Part shown: one piece after another, positions 1 to 11,619 of the stretch
How positions within the stretch are numbered: position 1 is the stretch's first letter
How the letters are laid out: every line of letters starts with the position of its first letter
NCBI GenBank assembly: GCA_001244265.2
Contig: CDLV01000019.1
Coordinates: 558,001 to 622,000, forward strand
Source: Microbotryum violaceum
Lineage: Eukaryota
Reading direction: 5' to 3'
DNA length: 64,000 nt
Notes under the pieces: model-generated
What the model was told of the DNA's origin: nothing
What the model saw: the letters and a program-made list of their open reading frames with translations, nothing else
The model's database searches: none
Position numbers and translations under genes: made by a program

Positions 1-936
1 AGTCCGACGAGGCAAGGGAAGCATCCCCGCCGCCGTCCGAGCGATCTGGCGCCAAGGTGGAGGTCTCGCAGCGTTCTGGACGGGCAACGGTCTGAACGTG
101 ATCAAGATCTTCCCCGAATCGGCGATCAAGTTCCTCTCTTACGAATCCGCCAAGCGCGTCTTTGCGCAATACTGGGACCGCGTCCCTGACCAAACGATGA
201 TATCCAACTCGAGTCGCTTCGTCTCGGGAGGGATAGGTGGTGTTCTCTCCCAATTCGTTATCTACCCTATCGAGACCCTCAAAACGCGCGTCATGTCCTC
301 TACGGGAGGTGAACATAAAGGCAATGCCTTGATCTTTGAAACCGCGAAAAACATTTGGAAGAAGGGTGGGGTCAAGTTGTACTTCAGGGGATTACCGGCA
401 GGGTTGATTGGAGTGTTCCCTTATTCGGCGATTGATATGTCGACGTTCGAAGGGATCAAGTTGGCGTATACCAACTGGGCGGAGGAGGAACCGGGCATTC
501 CGGGAAGTTTGGCCTTTGGCGCGCTAAGTGGGGGCGTGGGCGCGACGAGTGTTTATCCTTTGTAAGTCCTCACGAGAAGACTTTAATTCGCTGCTAGAGC
601 CCGCGTTTATGGTAGCTCAATCCCCCCTACGTCACGTTCCGTAGAAACCTAGTCCGTACGCGCCTCCAGGCACAAGGCACGCCCGCCCACCCTCAAACCT
701 ACACCGGCGTCCGCGACGCCGCTCGTAAATGCTACCAACGTGAAGGCTGGCGAGGGTTTTACAAAGGACTCACCCCGACGTTGGTCAAGGTCGTTCCTGC
801 AGTCGCGATATCGTATGCGGTTTATGATGCGTCCAAGAAGGTGTTGTTTGGGAGGGAGGAGGGGTATCTTGGTGGTGCGAACTCATCGGCATCTTCCGCT
901 TCGGCGACTAAGGATGAGGATTGCACGGAGGAGTAG
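1..936 (+). CDS. Mitochondrial carrier family protein, SAL1/SCaMC (ATP-Mg/Pi carrier)-like; 5' end outside the window
   Basis: Carrier motifs PIETLKTR and PLNLVRTRLQ; FWTGNGLNVIKIFPESAIKF is typical of the SAL1/SCaMC subfamily. Intron 562-644 (GTAAGT...CGTAG) joins YPL to NLVRTRLQAQGTPAHPQTY; stop TAG 934-936. Confidence 0.88.
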
Positions 937-1503
937 GGGTCGGAAAGGTGCTTGACGCACGCTCTCAAAAACCCATACGACTGTTTCACTTGTGCATCTT
1001 TTTGCGTTTACTTATCTCGTAGTTGGGCGCGCCTTTCAAGAAGCGCCTAGATGGTCTCTTTTTTGTCCTTCCTCCGTTTCGTTTCTTTTCTTTTCCAGTA
1101 TTTTTGTTGTAACACGCTCAAAGCTCGTGAACTCGTCGACTTGGTTCTAGAAACCCCGCGAGAAATGACCGGTCACTGGGAAAAGGAGGATGGGGAAATG
1201 GGCCTGGGGAATAAACACGACTCGAGGGACGTTTTCCTCTCGTGCGAGGGAAGTAGTTGTCTTACCTCGTGCCGAGAAAGGGCCGAAAAGGAAGTTCTGG
1301 TGTAGGTACAAAGTCAAATTACACTGCCTCTAGACGTACCTATTAGGAAGTAGGCTTCAGGCATGAACGCCCTGAGGCTACTGAGGAGGGAAAACGCAGT
1401 TCAAGGGAAGGAACGGACAACATGCCCCAGCTCGTTCGGAACCTCAGATCTTCACCGCTTACATTTGAGTCTGGTGAGATTGAATTAGCCGTGCGCTGTC
1501 GGA

Positions 1504-1533
1504 CCCCCCCCCCCCCCCCCCTCCCCCCCCCCC
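1504..1533. repeat. C18-T-C11 homopolymer tract (G-rich on the minus strand)
   Basis: Directly visible; run lengths may be unreliable. Confidence 0.9.
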
Positions 1534-2044
1534 GCGCTAAACAATTCCGCGGAACCCGAGGAAGCTGCCGGCCGCGGGCGAGGCACCGCACTGCACATTC
1601 TCAGATTTAGCCTATGGTACCCGAAGAGGATACCGCTCGTCTTTATTTTGGTTAAGATGCGGAATGTTCTAGACTGTTAAAAGGCCCTATGTCGTGGGCC
1701 CTTGGAGGGAAGGTGAAACGAAGCGGGGATGGGGATTTCGTTTTTTCACGTGTTTGCTGACGGATTCGTCAGGGACCGTCGATTGCTGCGCGGACGCTAA
1801 CGAAGTTCGACATGACCTGCAACGACGGTGGAGTAAGATGTCGAACTTACTGGGATCTGAGCGTGAAGATCGGCCTCAAAGAATCTACTTGCCGACGATA
1901 AGTGATGTCGGTTTTACATGCGACATCGTTTGGACGGCAATGAAGACCGACCCGATTTTTTTTCATTAACCCTAACCTTGTGTTTAAAAACACTCGCTTT
2001 CAATCAAGAGCCCTATCGGGCGTTGCTAATTGAAAACTCATTTG

Positions 2045-2079
<35 letters not shown>
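2045..2079. repeat. A35 homopolymer
   Basis: Directly visible. Confidence 0.95.
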
Positions 2080-2082
<3 letters not shown>

Positions 2083-2421
2083 CCCCGATCTCGCTCAAAT
2101 GACCGACGTCACACAACGTCGGGATGAGTTCCCAACGGTACCGACCACGGAAGGGTATTATAGCTCCAGTAGACACAGTTTTCTAGCGAACCTGTAACTG
2201 GAAGGGAGTTACTTTGTTAGCCTCCATCGCACTACGCAGTCATGTCCTTCGACGGCCTCGGGGTCAATCCCGGTGCGAAAAGTATCATCCAGCGCTGCGC
2301 CATGCTGCCGAAACGGCGAAGCAGCCTGAGATGCTGAGATGTAGCGATCAGGACATCGACAATCTCAGTCTTCTGGCGCAGAAAAGGTCACTCTGCCTCT
2401 CGAGTCGTCAGCAGGCGTAAA

Positions 2422-2917
2422 GCTGGGTAACACGCCGTTTTGGCCACGTGACACGGGTGTAAGATTTACGTGGTGCCTTATACCATGATATTCCACTCGT
2501 AACAGTCGTCACACATCGCAATTTTAACATACGTAAGATGCGTCAAAAAGGCGTAACAACCGTAGCAAACGGTCTAGATTGGGTTGAACTGGTCGCATAT
2601 TTCCCCCAGTCTTGCGCTTGAGCCACCCGACCACATCGTCAGGCACTCTGACCAAGAAAACCAGGTACCCGTCCGAAGAAGAAGAAGGTAAACATGTCAG
2701 TGCTAGCCACTACAAAAAACGGGTAGATGGTCAGTGCCTCCTAGTAGCCCCCGCTCTGGCCATGATACGTTTATACCCTCCATATCTGCTGCAAGGCTTG
2801 TGCAGGTGTTACACTGTCACACATGCTACCTATAAATTTATTCCCCCCGGGGTAATACGTAACGAAGCTATTACAAATTTGTAACATCAGACATGTGTAA
2901 GAGGGCGGTTACCCAGC
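2422..2917. mobile_element. Candidate MITE-like element
   Basis: Perfect 10-bp inverted repeat GCTGGGTAAC (2422-2431) / GTTACCCAGC (2908-2917) around a non-coding, AT-richer segment with recurring GTAAC/GTAAG/TTAC motifs. No TSD found. Confidence 0.35.
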
Positions 2918-3305
2918 CCCACACTCCGCATTTCACCGCGCTGTGCCGAAACTACCGCTGGCTGCCGAACCAGAACCGCGCCGGCGGTTGAGTTTCTCGT
3001 GGCCAAGACCTTGTCACATTTTCGCTATTTTCACTCCCCGAAGCTGTCCTGGCGCCGAAACTTCACTCTTCAGTCTTGTCACTCTGCTCTGCGATCCAAA
3101 CGGCGTCCCCAGCCTCGCCGGCACCGTGGCCCGCTCGACCTCTCGAGTCCCCGTCTCCCATCTCAGCTCTCGGACCCATCTCAGCCCTCCGACAAGTCCG
3201 GCTTTCTTTGACTTGAGCTTCTCACTTGAGCTTGGACCACAGCCCTCACCCCATCGCCGCTTCTTCCTCGATTGGTGTCGATCCACCTACCTCGACAGAT
3301 CGTAC

Positions 3306-5168
3306 ATGAGGTCTCCTACGGGCGCTGCACCTTTAGCCAAGGGCCTCGCATGGTGAGTTGTATCCCCCTCTCGATTCCTTTTATCGATTTCCGCCAGTCC
3401 AGCTTGCCGGTTCAAAGTTGTCGAGCCGATGGGCGTTGCGCTGTTGCTGGCTGCTTTCGCAGGTGTGCTCGCCGGAGAAATCCAATCCTCGAACTGATCT
3501 GGTGCGACGTTCTACTTCGCGACCTTGGTACACAGTGCTCGTTGCAAGTCTCGGAAAACAAGGTGAGCGCATGATCATCGCATACCTGGTCCTTATGAAC
3601 GGGCAATGGCTTGCAAGGCTTTAGCAGAAGCGGAAAAGTCGGCTAACTCCTGATCGGATCCCGGCGCCGCGCTTCAATTCATTTCTCTCTGTCAGATGCG
3701 ACGGCAAGAAGCCTGCGTGCAGTGCTTGCTTACGCTCGGCTCGCTTTAAGCATCGACCATTGGATCAAGTCATATGCCGCTATAGTGATCCTCTCGGTGA
3801 CACCAAGCCCTCCATTGCCCGTGCGTTCCTTCACTCAGCTGGTACTACTCAGCTGTCGTCATCGCTGGCGAGGATCTCCGATCGTCGCGCCCGGAATGCG
3901 GATCGGGGGCGGGCGAGTGATGGACTTCGCGCGCGCCGCGCATCGCTTCCGAAACATTTTCTCCAAAGTTCGCGCTAGCCGGTCCTGGGATCGGCGGCGC
4001 CTTGCTTATGTGTGCCCGATGGACAACTCCGCCTCGCAACGATGACCAAGCTCAGAGGCTCAGTTCTGAATTTACTGACAACTTGACTATTGACGACGTC
4101 CACCTACAGTATCGTCGCAGAGCGTCCCAACGTTGAATAGCGAGGATCGTACGAGCTCCTCGGTTTCGGTCGTCTCGCCATCATCGATCTCCTCGTCCTC
4201 CGCCTCGACGTCCTCCTCGTTCGCTTCGTCGTCAGCCTCGTTCCAGTCCTTCTCGTCCTTTCGTAGTGATGCTGACACGGATGCATCGTCAATACGTTAC
4301 CGGGGCGTGAGTGGGGGAGAAAAGACATCGCCGCCGCCGCCGCCGCCCCCCCCCGCCCCTGCCATTGCATCACCCCTACCCCACCTACCGCACTTCCACC
4401 TCATCGTTGATCGCGAGTCCGACGCCTTCCTCTCTGCCGCCCCCAAAACTCGAAGCGTTGACGAAGCCTACTGCGAGACGATCACCGGCATCGCAGTCCT
4501 TCCCCTTTGCTGGCGCCTCCTCCTTGCACGCGACGCGAACAACACTGTCTGGTCGACGACGGAATGCGCCGTGCAGCATCCCGATCCCGATGGAAGCCAA
4601 ATTCGATCCTGCCATTCCTCACTCTGCGCCACCGATACTGGATCACTTTGAGCGGCGTAGTCTTCCTGTCCCGTCGCTCGCTGTCGCTAATTTGAGCGCG
4701 TATCGTCGGCCCGATCTGATTTCGCTAGGAAGCTTTGTACCCCAGCCCGAAGCTCCGGTCGTGGCGGTCATGCACACGCCGTTAACGTTGGCGCCTCCGC
4801 TCTACAACCTCAACTCGTTACAGGGGACATATGCACACGAGCAAGCCCTTCAACAGAACACGAATCCGACTTACATTGCCACGCACCAGCCCGACCTTGC
4901 CCTATCAACACCGGCGCCGCCCAACTATGAACTACCTCCCGGTGCCCAGCTTGACGGCTTCGGCACCACGGAAATGCCGTTCAAGATGGATTCGGAACGA
5001 CTAGTAACTGCGACTTCGGCTCCTCTGTTCGATCCGGACCAGACGCAATGGCCGTTACTGGAGAGGAGGACGGGGCTGACACCCTTGGAATCGCTACCGA
5101 CCGGATTCAGTCTCTGGCCGGCGTGGCAAGGTGGGCCGGGAACTCCTGCGTGGCCGGAATATCAGTAA
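3306..5168 (+). CDS. Zn(II)2Cys6 (GAL4-type) transcription factor with a Ser/Pro-rich C-terminus
   Basis: Exons 3306-3352, 3536-3562, 3696-3820 and 4110-5168 (GT-AG introns) give MRSPTGAAPLAKGLACARCKSRKTRCDGKKPACSACLRSARFKHRPLDQVICRY, a complete six-Cys cluster. The last exon changes frame in the C run near 4345-4355 (probable homopolymer error). Confidence 0.85.
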
Positions 5169-6479
5169 GCGGAGGTACCCCTCGAGGGCGAGGGCGGACC
5201 TCAAAGGCATAACATACCTTGTGTTTTTTCATTTCCCCTTGAGCGTCGACGCCCGCTGGACGCTCGACTTGCAACCGCCTATAGATGCAGCAACGACCTT
5301 CGCAAACGCAAATTCATTTCAAAATATGTTTTTCGTTTCCGTCCAGCAGCCCAGTCCTTTTTGGCAAGCATATTTACGACTTGTCATGTTGTAATTTACT
5401 GGTCCGCAATTCGTTGAAAGACCTCCGGGAAATGGTCCGAGACGATAACTCCAGCAGCTGCGAGTATGGGGAGACTCGTCTGCCTGGGTTCCAACATCCA
5501 ATGACGCAGAAACAGTCGATGGCATGTCGACAACAGAATATTCCCAAGCGGCGCTGCTGCCGGGACGGCTGTGCTTCCGACACTTGAAAGTTAAATCGCG
5601 TCGGCGAGCCCCTGTCGGGATAGCGCTCCCGGCGGAGACCGCGGGCCTGCTTCAAGTCAACCCGGGCAGATGCCAGAACGCTACGGGACTTTGCAGTGCC
5701 GACGGGTTCCGAATTGACAAGGGTAGATTCGTGGATGAACTCTTCCTGATTTTTTTGCAAGGACAGCCAGAGAAAAGGGTAATTCAATTGGTACCGTTCT
5801 GGTTCCTGAAAAGCAACGAAAGCGATGCACTTGCCAAGAGGAAAGGGGCCTCGACATGTTGCGATGGCTGGGCGCCGAGATTCGCAGAGAGAACTTGAGA
5901 AGCGCCGATGGGCCGAAACGCCGTCGTTGGTTGGACAACGGCGTGACTAATCGATCGGGTGCTTTGCCTTTGCGTGCATTACGCAAGCGGGCTGGGCAGA
6001 GTGGGCGTAGCCCACGCGCACGCACTCAAGCGCTGAGAAAGCAGCTTCTCATCAACGATAATTTAGGCCCCCGATAACCAGCGCACCTTGCAATCGCGAT
6101 ATCGATCGCTGTGAACGGAGGATGGAGAACAATTGGTTCACTCCACTCTGGTCAACGAGATGATAAAACACCCCCCGATCAATTCCTTGCAGTTGTTTTT
6201 GGGGATCAGCCTGCAGTAGGAGGATCACGTGAACCGGAATCAAGGCGAGTGGACCCCAATAAGGTACCGCGACGGGCTTAGGTGCGGCGCACTGGCGCAT
6301 CAAGGTCGCGCGACCGGCAACCGGCGGTTCGAGCGCATCGGCCGTCGCCAGCTGCGGATCCCGCCGTCTGTCAGCGTGTCACACCCCACTGCTCATCCTC
6401 TTTCACCCACTTTTCAGCTTCACCAACGATCTCATTCGACCGAGAGCCGCGTGACAGGACGCAACGACGGCCAGCTACG

Positions 6480-8880
6480 ATGTCCGACTCTTCGAGGCAA
6501 ACGAGCGAAGCAGCTCCACACCTCGGCCTCGGCGGTATGCTGCCGCTGCAGGAGACGACCGAAGCCGCTGCTGCGAACTCGAGCCCCTTCGGCATCCAGC
6601 TCGACATGAGCGCGGTACATGAGCTGCCGATCCGAACTTCTGATCCCACAACTCAGATCGAGAGCTCTTCATCGTCGATGTTCGAGGACAAGGACCTGGA
6701 GAAGGGCGAGGGCAGCCCTATGCACGGTTCGGCGGTCGTGCTCCCAGTCTCCGATCACCACCACCTGCCCCGACATCATCATCGCGGAGGCCGAGGTGCG
6801 GGCGGTGGCACTGCGGAGGCGACCCCGATCAGCTCCTCAGCCGTCCCATTTACGACCGACGGGGCCGGACTCGATCCAGGACATGCAACAAGGAGTCGAA
6901 AAAGGACCCTCTCTCGAATCGCATCTTCCATGTTCCTCGATAAGTTGCACCAGTTCCAAACTTATCAGAGTGCTGCGGACGGCACACCTCACCGCGAAAG
7001 CTCGATCGGCGATGATGGCCGACGCTTCAACGCCCTCCTCGAAAAGATCCAATCCAAGTTCCCAAGAATCGGTCGAGGTCTCTTGTACCTCCGAGGACCT
7101 TCACCCCCTTGGATCGAGACCGCGGTGCGACCCTTGTGGTCCCAGGGCGAACTTTTCTTCAACCGCAAGCTCGCCTTCATGCAACGCCGCCGTCGCTTCA
7201 TTACGCCCATCTTTCTCCTCGTGTGGCTCATCGCATTCGTCGTACTCGTGCGCAAATCCTTCTTCAACTCCAGGACGAATGTCGGGACACCGGATTTCAT
7301 CCTAGGTACCAGCTCGTTCTGGAGCAAGGACGATGGCTGCGGACTGAACGCAACGGGTTGCGCACCCTTCATCAACTCGTCGCTCGTCTTCCGCTGCCCG
7401 AGCCAGACGCTCGACGTCGAGCTCCTTAACAACCGCGCGGTCGGCGATCAGGAGATCATCTTCCAACCCCTAGTCGTCGGTGGAGGCGACGCGCAGTCGA
7501 CGTACCGCGCCGACTCGTGGATCTGCGCCTCGGCGATTCACCATGGGCTGTTCGGGAACCGCAAAGGAGGCTGCGGACGCCTCGAGATGGTCGGCGAGTT
7601 CACCGGATTCGTCGGTGTTAACAAGAACGGCGTCGGCTCCGTCTCGTTCGACTCGACCTTTCCTTCGAGTTATCGCTTCGTCGATACCGTCACTCAACAG
7701 GGATGCCGGGACATTCGCGACGAAATTCTCGGCTTCGATGTCGCCATGTCGACCATCTTTTCCTTCGTCATACGGTAGGTTCTATGCGGCGTATTTGACT
7801 CTATCATCAAGGGAGACTTCACTGACCGATTTTCTCCCGTTTTACATCGCAGCCCTGAGCCCGCTGCCTTCTTCTGGACGTTGCTATGTATGGGATTTTG
7901 GCACGTCGTGTTGGCCTCGGACCCGTCCGCCATGCCCCCGAATCTCGAAAGGGGGTTCAAGTTCTTCCTCCCAACACTCTTCATAGGCTACGTCATCTGG
8001 CGCACTAGCTTCCGCTGGGTCGTTCCTGCCTTTGAGGCCGCGGCGATTGAGCGCACTGTGTGGTACCTCGGTGGCTTTTGGGTCGGCCTTCTCATCAATT
8101 TGTCGCTCGCATGGATTCCCATCATCCGTCTGACGGCAAGTGACATCGCCAAGCAGCCGGGCAGCTTGGTCGCCGTCATCGTCTTGGCGCTGGTCATCTT
8201 CTTCTGCGTGCTAAACCAGCTGCGCATCATTCGACGGACGGGATGGTTCTACTTTTACATCTTCTGGTACCTCGTCGGAGGTTGCGTCATCGGCCTCCTG
8301 ACGCTCATCCCCACGCTTGAGTTTCGCCTGCACCACTACTTCCTCGCGCTCATCTTCCTGCCCGGATGCGCATTCGTCACCCGGCCCTCGGCTTTATTCC
8401 AAGGTTTGCTGCTTGGCATCTTCCTCGACGGCGCCGGACGGTGGGGCTTCGATTCGATTCTTCAAGCTGCTTCTTCTCTCGTCGGCGATGGCTCGACGGG
8501 GAGCGCGCTCCCGACCTACCTCACTTTGGCGACGAACTTTACGAGCGACCAAGCCTCGATCTTTTGGAACGCGATCCCGGACAGTCTTGCGAGCTCTTGG
8601 GATGGCTTCTCCTTGCTCGTTGACGACGTCGAGCGCTACTCGGGTACCGCTACGAACTACAGCATCGCTTGGCTCAACGACACGATCCCGCACTACTTCC
8701 GGTGGGTCTGACTAGCGCGTCATTTTTAGGTCCAGAGGTAACAAGGCGCTAAAGACGGTCATTGTTTCCATCTTCAGACTTGCGTACACGTCTTCGGGCA
8801 AGAGTGGTGATTTCGCCCGAGCGGCCACGGCTTTCATTTCGAACGGGACTTGGATCGATCCGGCCTCGGGCACGAGCTGA
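6480..8880 (+). CDS. LCCL-domain multi-pass membrane protein
   Basis: LCCL signature YRADSWICASAIHHG...GGCG, then several hydrophobic helices and RLHHY. Exons approx. 6480-7773, 7852-8702, 8779-8880; stop TGA 8878-8880. Confidence 0.85.
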
Positions 8881-9121
8881 GAATGCCGGATCAAAAAGGG
8901 CACATACGTCCCAGACTTGTACGTTATCCCGTCTGATAGTATTTATAAGAAAACTCCCTCGTGTCTATATGTTGTGTATCACTGCGCGACTTTCTCCCTC
9001 GCTATCTCATCGGTTTTTGTATTACACGCTTTCGCATCTCTATTTTATCGGACATCCTACTACGAGCTTTCATATCCCTTCATCGGGAACTTATGACCGG
9101 ATGGAATCTGACTTTTTTGCT

Positions 9122-10961
9122 TCACTGCAACACGTTCCTTCCCTGAACCCAAACGGCTTTCCGATCGACCTCGGAGCCCAAGTGGAACCATTTCTCCACC
9201 TTGGTCTTGAAAGGGGTCGTGGCCTCAACGCTACCTTCCTCCTCGAATCCATCGAACCATTCGACCCTCGAGCAAGGACTCCCCAACTCGATCAATTGAG
9301 CATCGAAGGGTCTACCTCTCTCAAAGACTCCGGTTGACAACCCCATGGCTTCGGCTCCTCCCCTCGTAGCGACCCATAAAGCCTCTTCCCATTCGACCCC
9401 GCTCTCTCCCTTCTCCACACCCTCCGGCGCATGGGCCCGTTGTCGAGCGACCGCCACGGCCATTCGCATACTCGATTCGATTGAGGGGTCGTACCCTCCT
9501 GAAACGTCGGATCCGAGACCGACTTTGACCGCATGAGTCAGGGCCGATCGTAAAGGGAATGATTTCTCCGGGGAGAAGTAGAGATTCGAGAGAGGGCAGT
9601 GGGAGATGGACGTTTGGCGTTCGGAGAGGAGCAAGAGGTGCGCCCTAGTCGAGTGCGTGCAATGCGCCATCAGGGATCGAGGGGTGAGGAGCTTGTGCTA
9701 CGGATTGTAGGAACATTCAATGAAAGGGGGGTGAGCCGAGATCCGAACTGCGATCTACCGCCCGTCAAGAACCTCTTACATGATCCAAAGCGTGTATATC
9801 TTCGACTCCGTCCGACAAGGATTTTGACCATTCGACCTGACCGATACTTTCACTCATATGAGACTGAATCCTCAGCTGATGCTTCTCCACCAACGCGCTT
9901 AATCCATCTAAAAGCTTAGGTGTACATGTCGGTACGAAGCGCGGAGTGATGCATGCTTCCACGAGGTCGTTGTAGGGTGCCGGAACGGCTTCGAGCTTGG
10001 TGGCGAGAGTCGAAAGGAACGTTTCGGTGTCTCGAAGGGAAGCTTCGGTTGTTTCGATGTAGCTGTAGGTGGACCACGGGAAACTTTATAGTACACCGTC
10101 AAGGATGTCCGGAGGAACAGATGCACCCACGTGGGGATCCCATTTTGGTCCATGTTGACTTTGCCGATATGGCCCCGAATCCCACCGTCGATGAAAGCCT
10201 CGGCCAGGACCACACTGTTCGAAACCCCACAAGCTTTCCTGTTAGCCATCTCCCGCAATAAGTTACCTGAACCAGAACACCACTCACTTGGCCTCAACCG
10301 ACAACGTCCCAAAGACACTCGCCGCCGTCGTCCCCGAGCCGATCAACCTTTTCACCAACCGCGAGTAGACTTTTAAGCCCAAACCTCGAGGATCGGCGTC
10401 TATCCGTGCCTCGGCCGCAAAGGTGTAAGCTTCGAGCCATTCTTTGAGGGGCTGTTGAGTATGGGAGACAAAGTCAGGGTGCAGGCTTGGGTTGAGTTCG
10501 GAGTCCGGACATATCGGAGTGGGGGAGGGCTAGCCTACTTTGTCGAGCGCGTTGCCGGCGTTGATGTACTGAGGGGCGTGGACTGAACAGAGTCCAATTT
10601 GTTCAGGTGATGATATTTAGAAACCGATGAACAGGAACGTACTGTGCGTATCAACGAAGCCGGGCAAGATGAAGCTGTCCTCGGCCAGTTTGTAAACCTC
10701 GTCGAGCACCTCTTTTGGTTTGGGCGCTTCCACGGCTGGTCCAAAGTAGTCGATCGTACCATCGACCTCGTTCTTGACTACGAAGTATTCGAAGAAAACG
10801 ATTCAGTGGATGGATCTGGGATGTCAGGGCTCCTGTTGACCAGTAGATAGCGGGGGTAACGAACCCAGGAGATGATCATGCAGAATCTCGATCTTTCGGT
10901 CCGATGTAGGGTTCAGGAACGTCCCTTGGATGCGGTGACTGGTCTTGACGTTGAATTCCAT
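9122..10961 (-). CDS. GUD1: Guanine deaminase (amidohydrolase superfamily)
   Basis: Spliced LPGFVDTHIHAPQY, GKVNMD, ITPRFVPTCT, QSHMSE, MAHCTH, HCPLSN, GLGSDVSGG. Multi-exon; start ATG (MEFNVKTS) at 10961. Confidence 0.88.
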
Positions 10962-11619
10962 CGCGGAGAGAGGCCCTGTGCGAGCCAGGTTGTGCTGTGT
11001 TGGAGCAGGAGGCGAACGGCAAGTGCCGTGTGGGGGCCCGCGCCCCCGCGCCTGCGAAGATAGGTGCCACCCCTCGACGAGCGTGGTGGACGCCGCCAGT
11101 GAGCCGGTGCAAAGGCAAACGGTGTAGACACTCGAAAGCGTGAATGGGGAAAGGGTTTAAACACACAGCTCACGGAACAAATATGTGGGGTCACGAAAGA
11201 GGGTTGCAAGGAGAAAAGCAGTCGGGCGGTCGAACCCGTTAACGAGACGATCGACGGAGGCCGTGGGCCTGGGCAAAGACGAGATGGCCGACGCGCGAAG
11301 GCGGCGAAGGCCGCCCCCTTGCGGAGGGATTTGTTTCTTGGTTCGGGGCAGCTAACCCCGGAGCTAACCCGAAACCCCAAAACCCCAACTGAGGGCCGCC
11401 ACCCATGTTCAGGGGCGCTGGCGGTGTCGAGGGAGTCGCGATGATCGACTATCGCGCCAAGTATCGCACCGGTCCGCCAGCTCCGAGTTGTCATCAAGAG
11501 TCTATTCGTTCATTACATACAGAATCACGTTTAGGCGATAAGACCAACCCGCCTTTCAACAAAACAACGCGACTCGAAACCCCCACACTCTCTCTCCTCT
11601 ACTATTCTCTCTCTCTCTC

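Noticed and set aside
5460-6160. Faint RNase H-like words (YSQAAL, NESDALAKR) suggesting a decayed LINE
   Set aside because: Spacing is wrong and the frames are broken; cannot be supported without a search.
11351-11388. CTAACCC/AAACCCC telomere-like motifs upstream of GUD1
   Set aside because: Degenerate and short; at most promoter elements.
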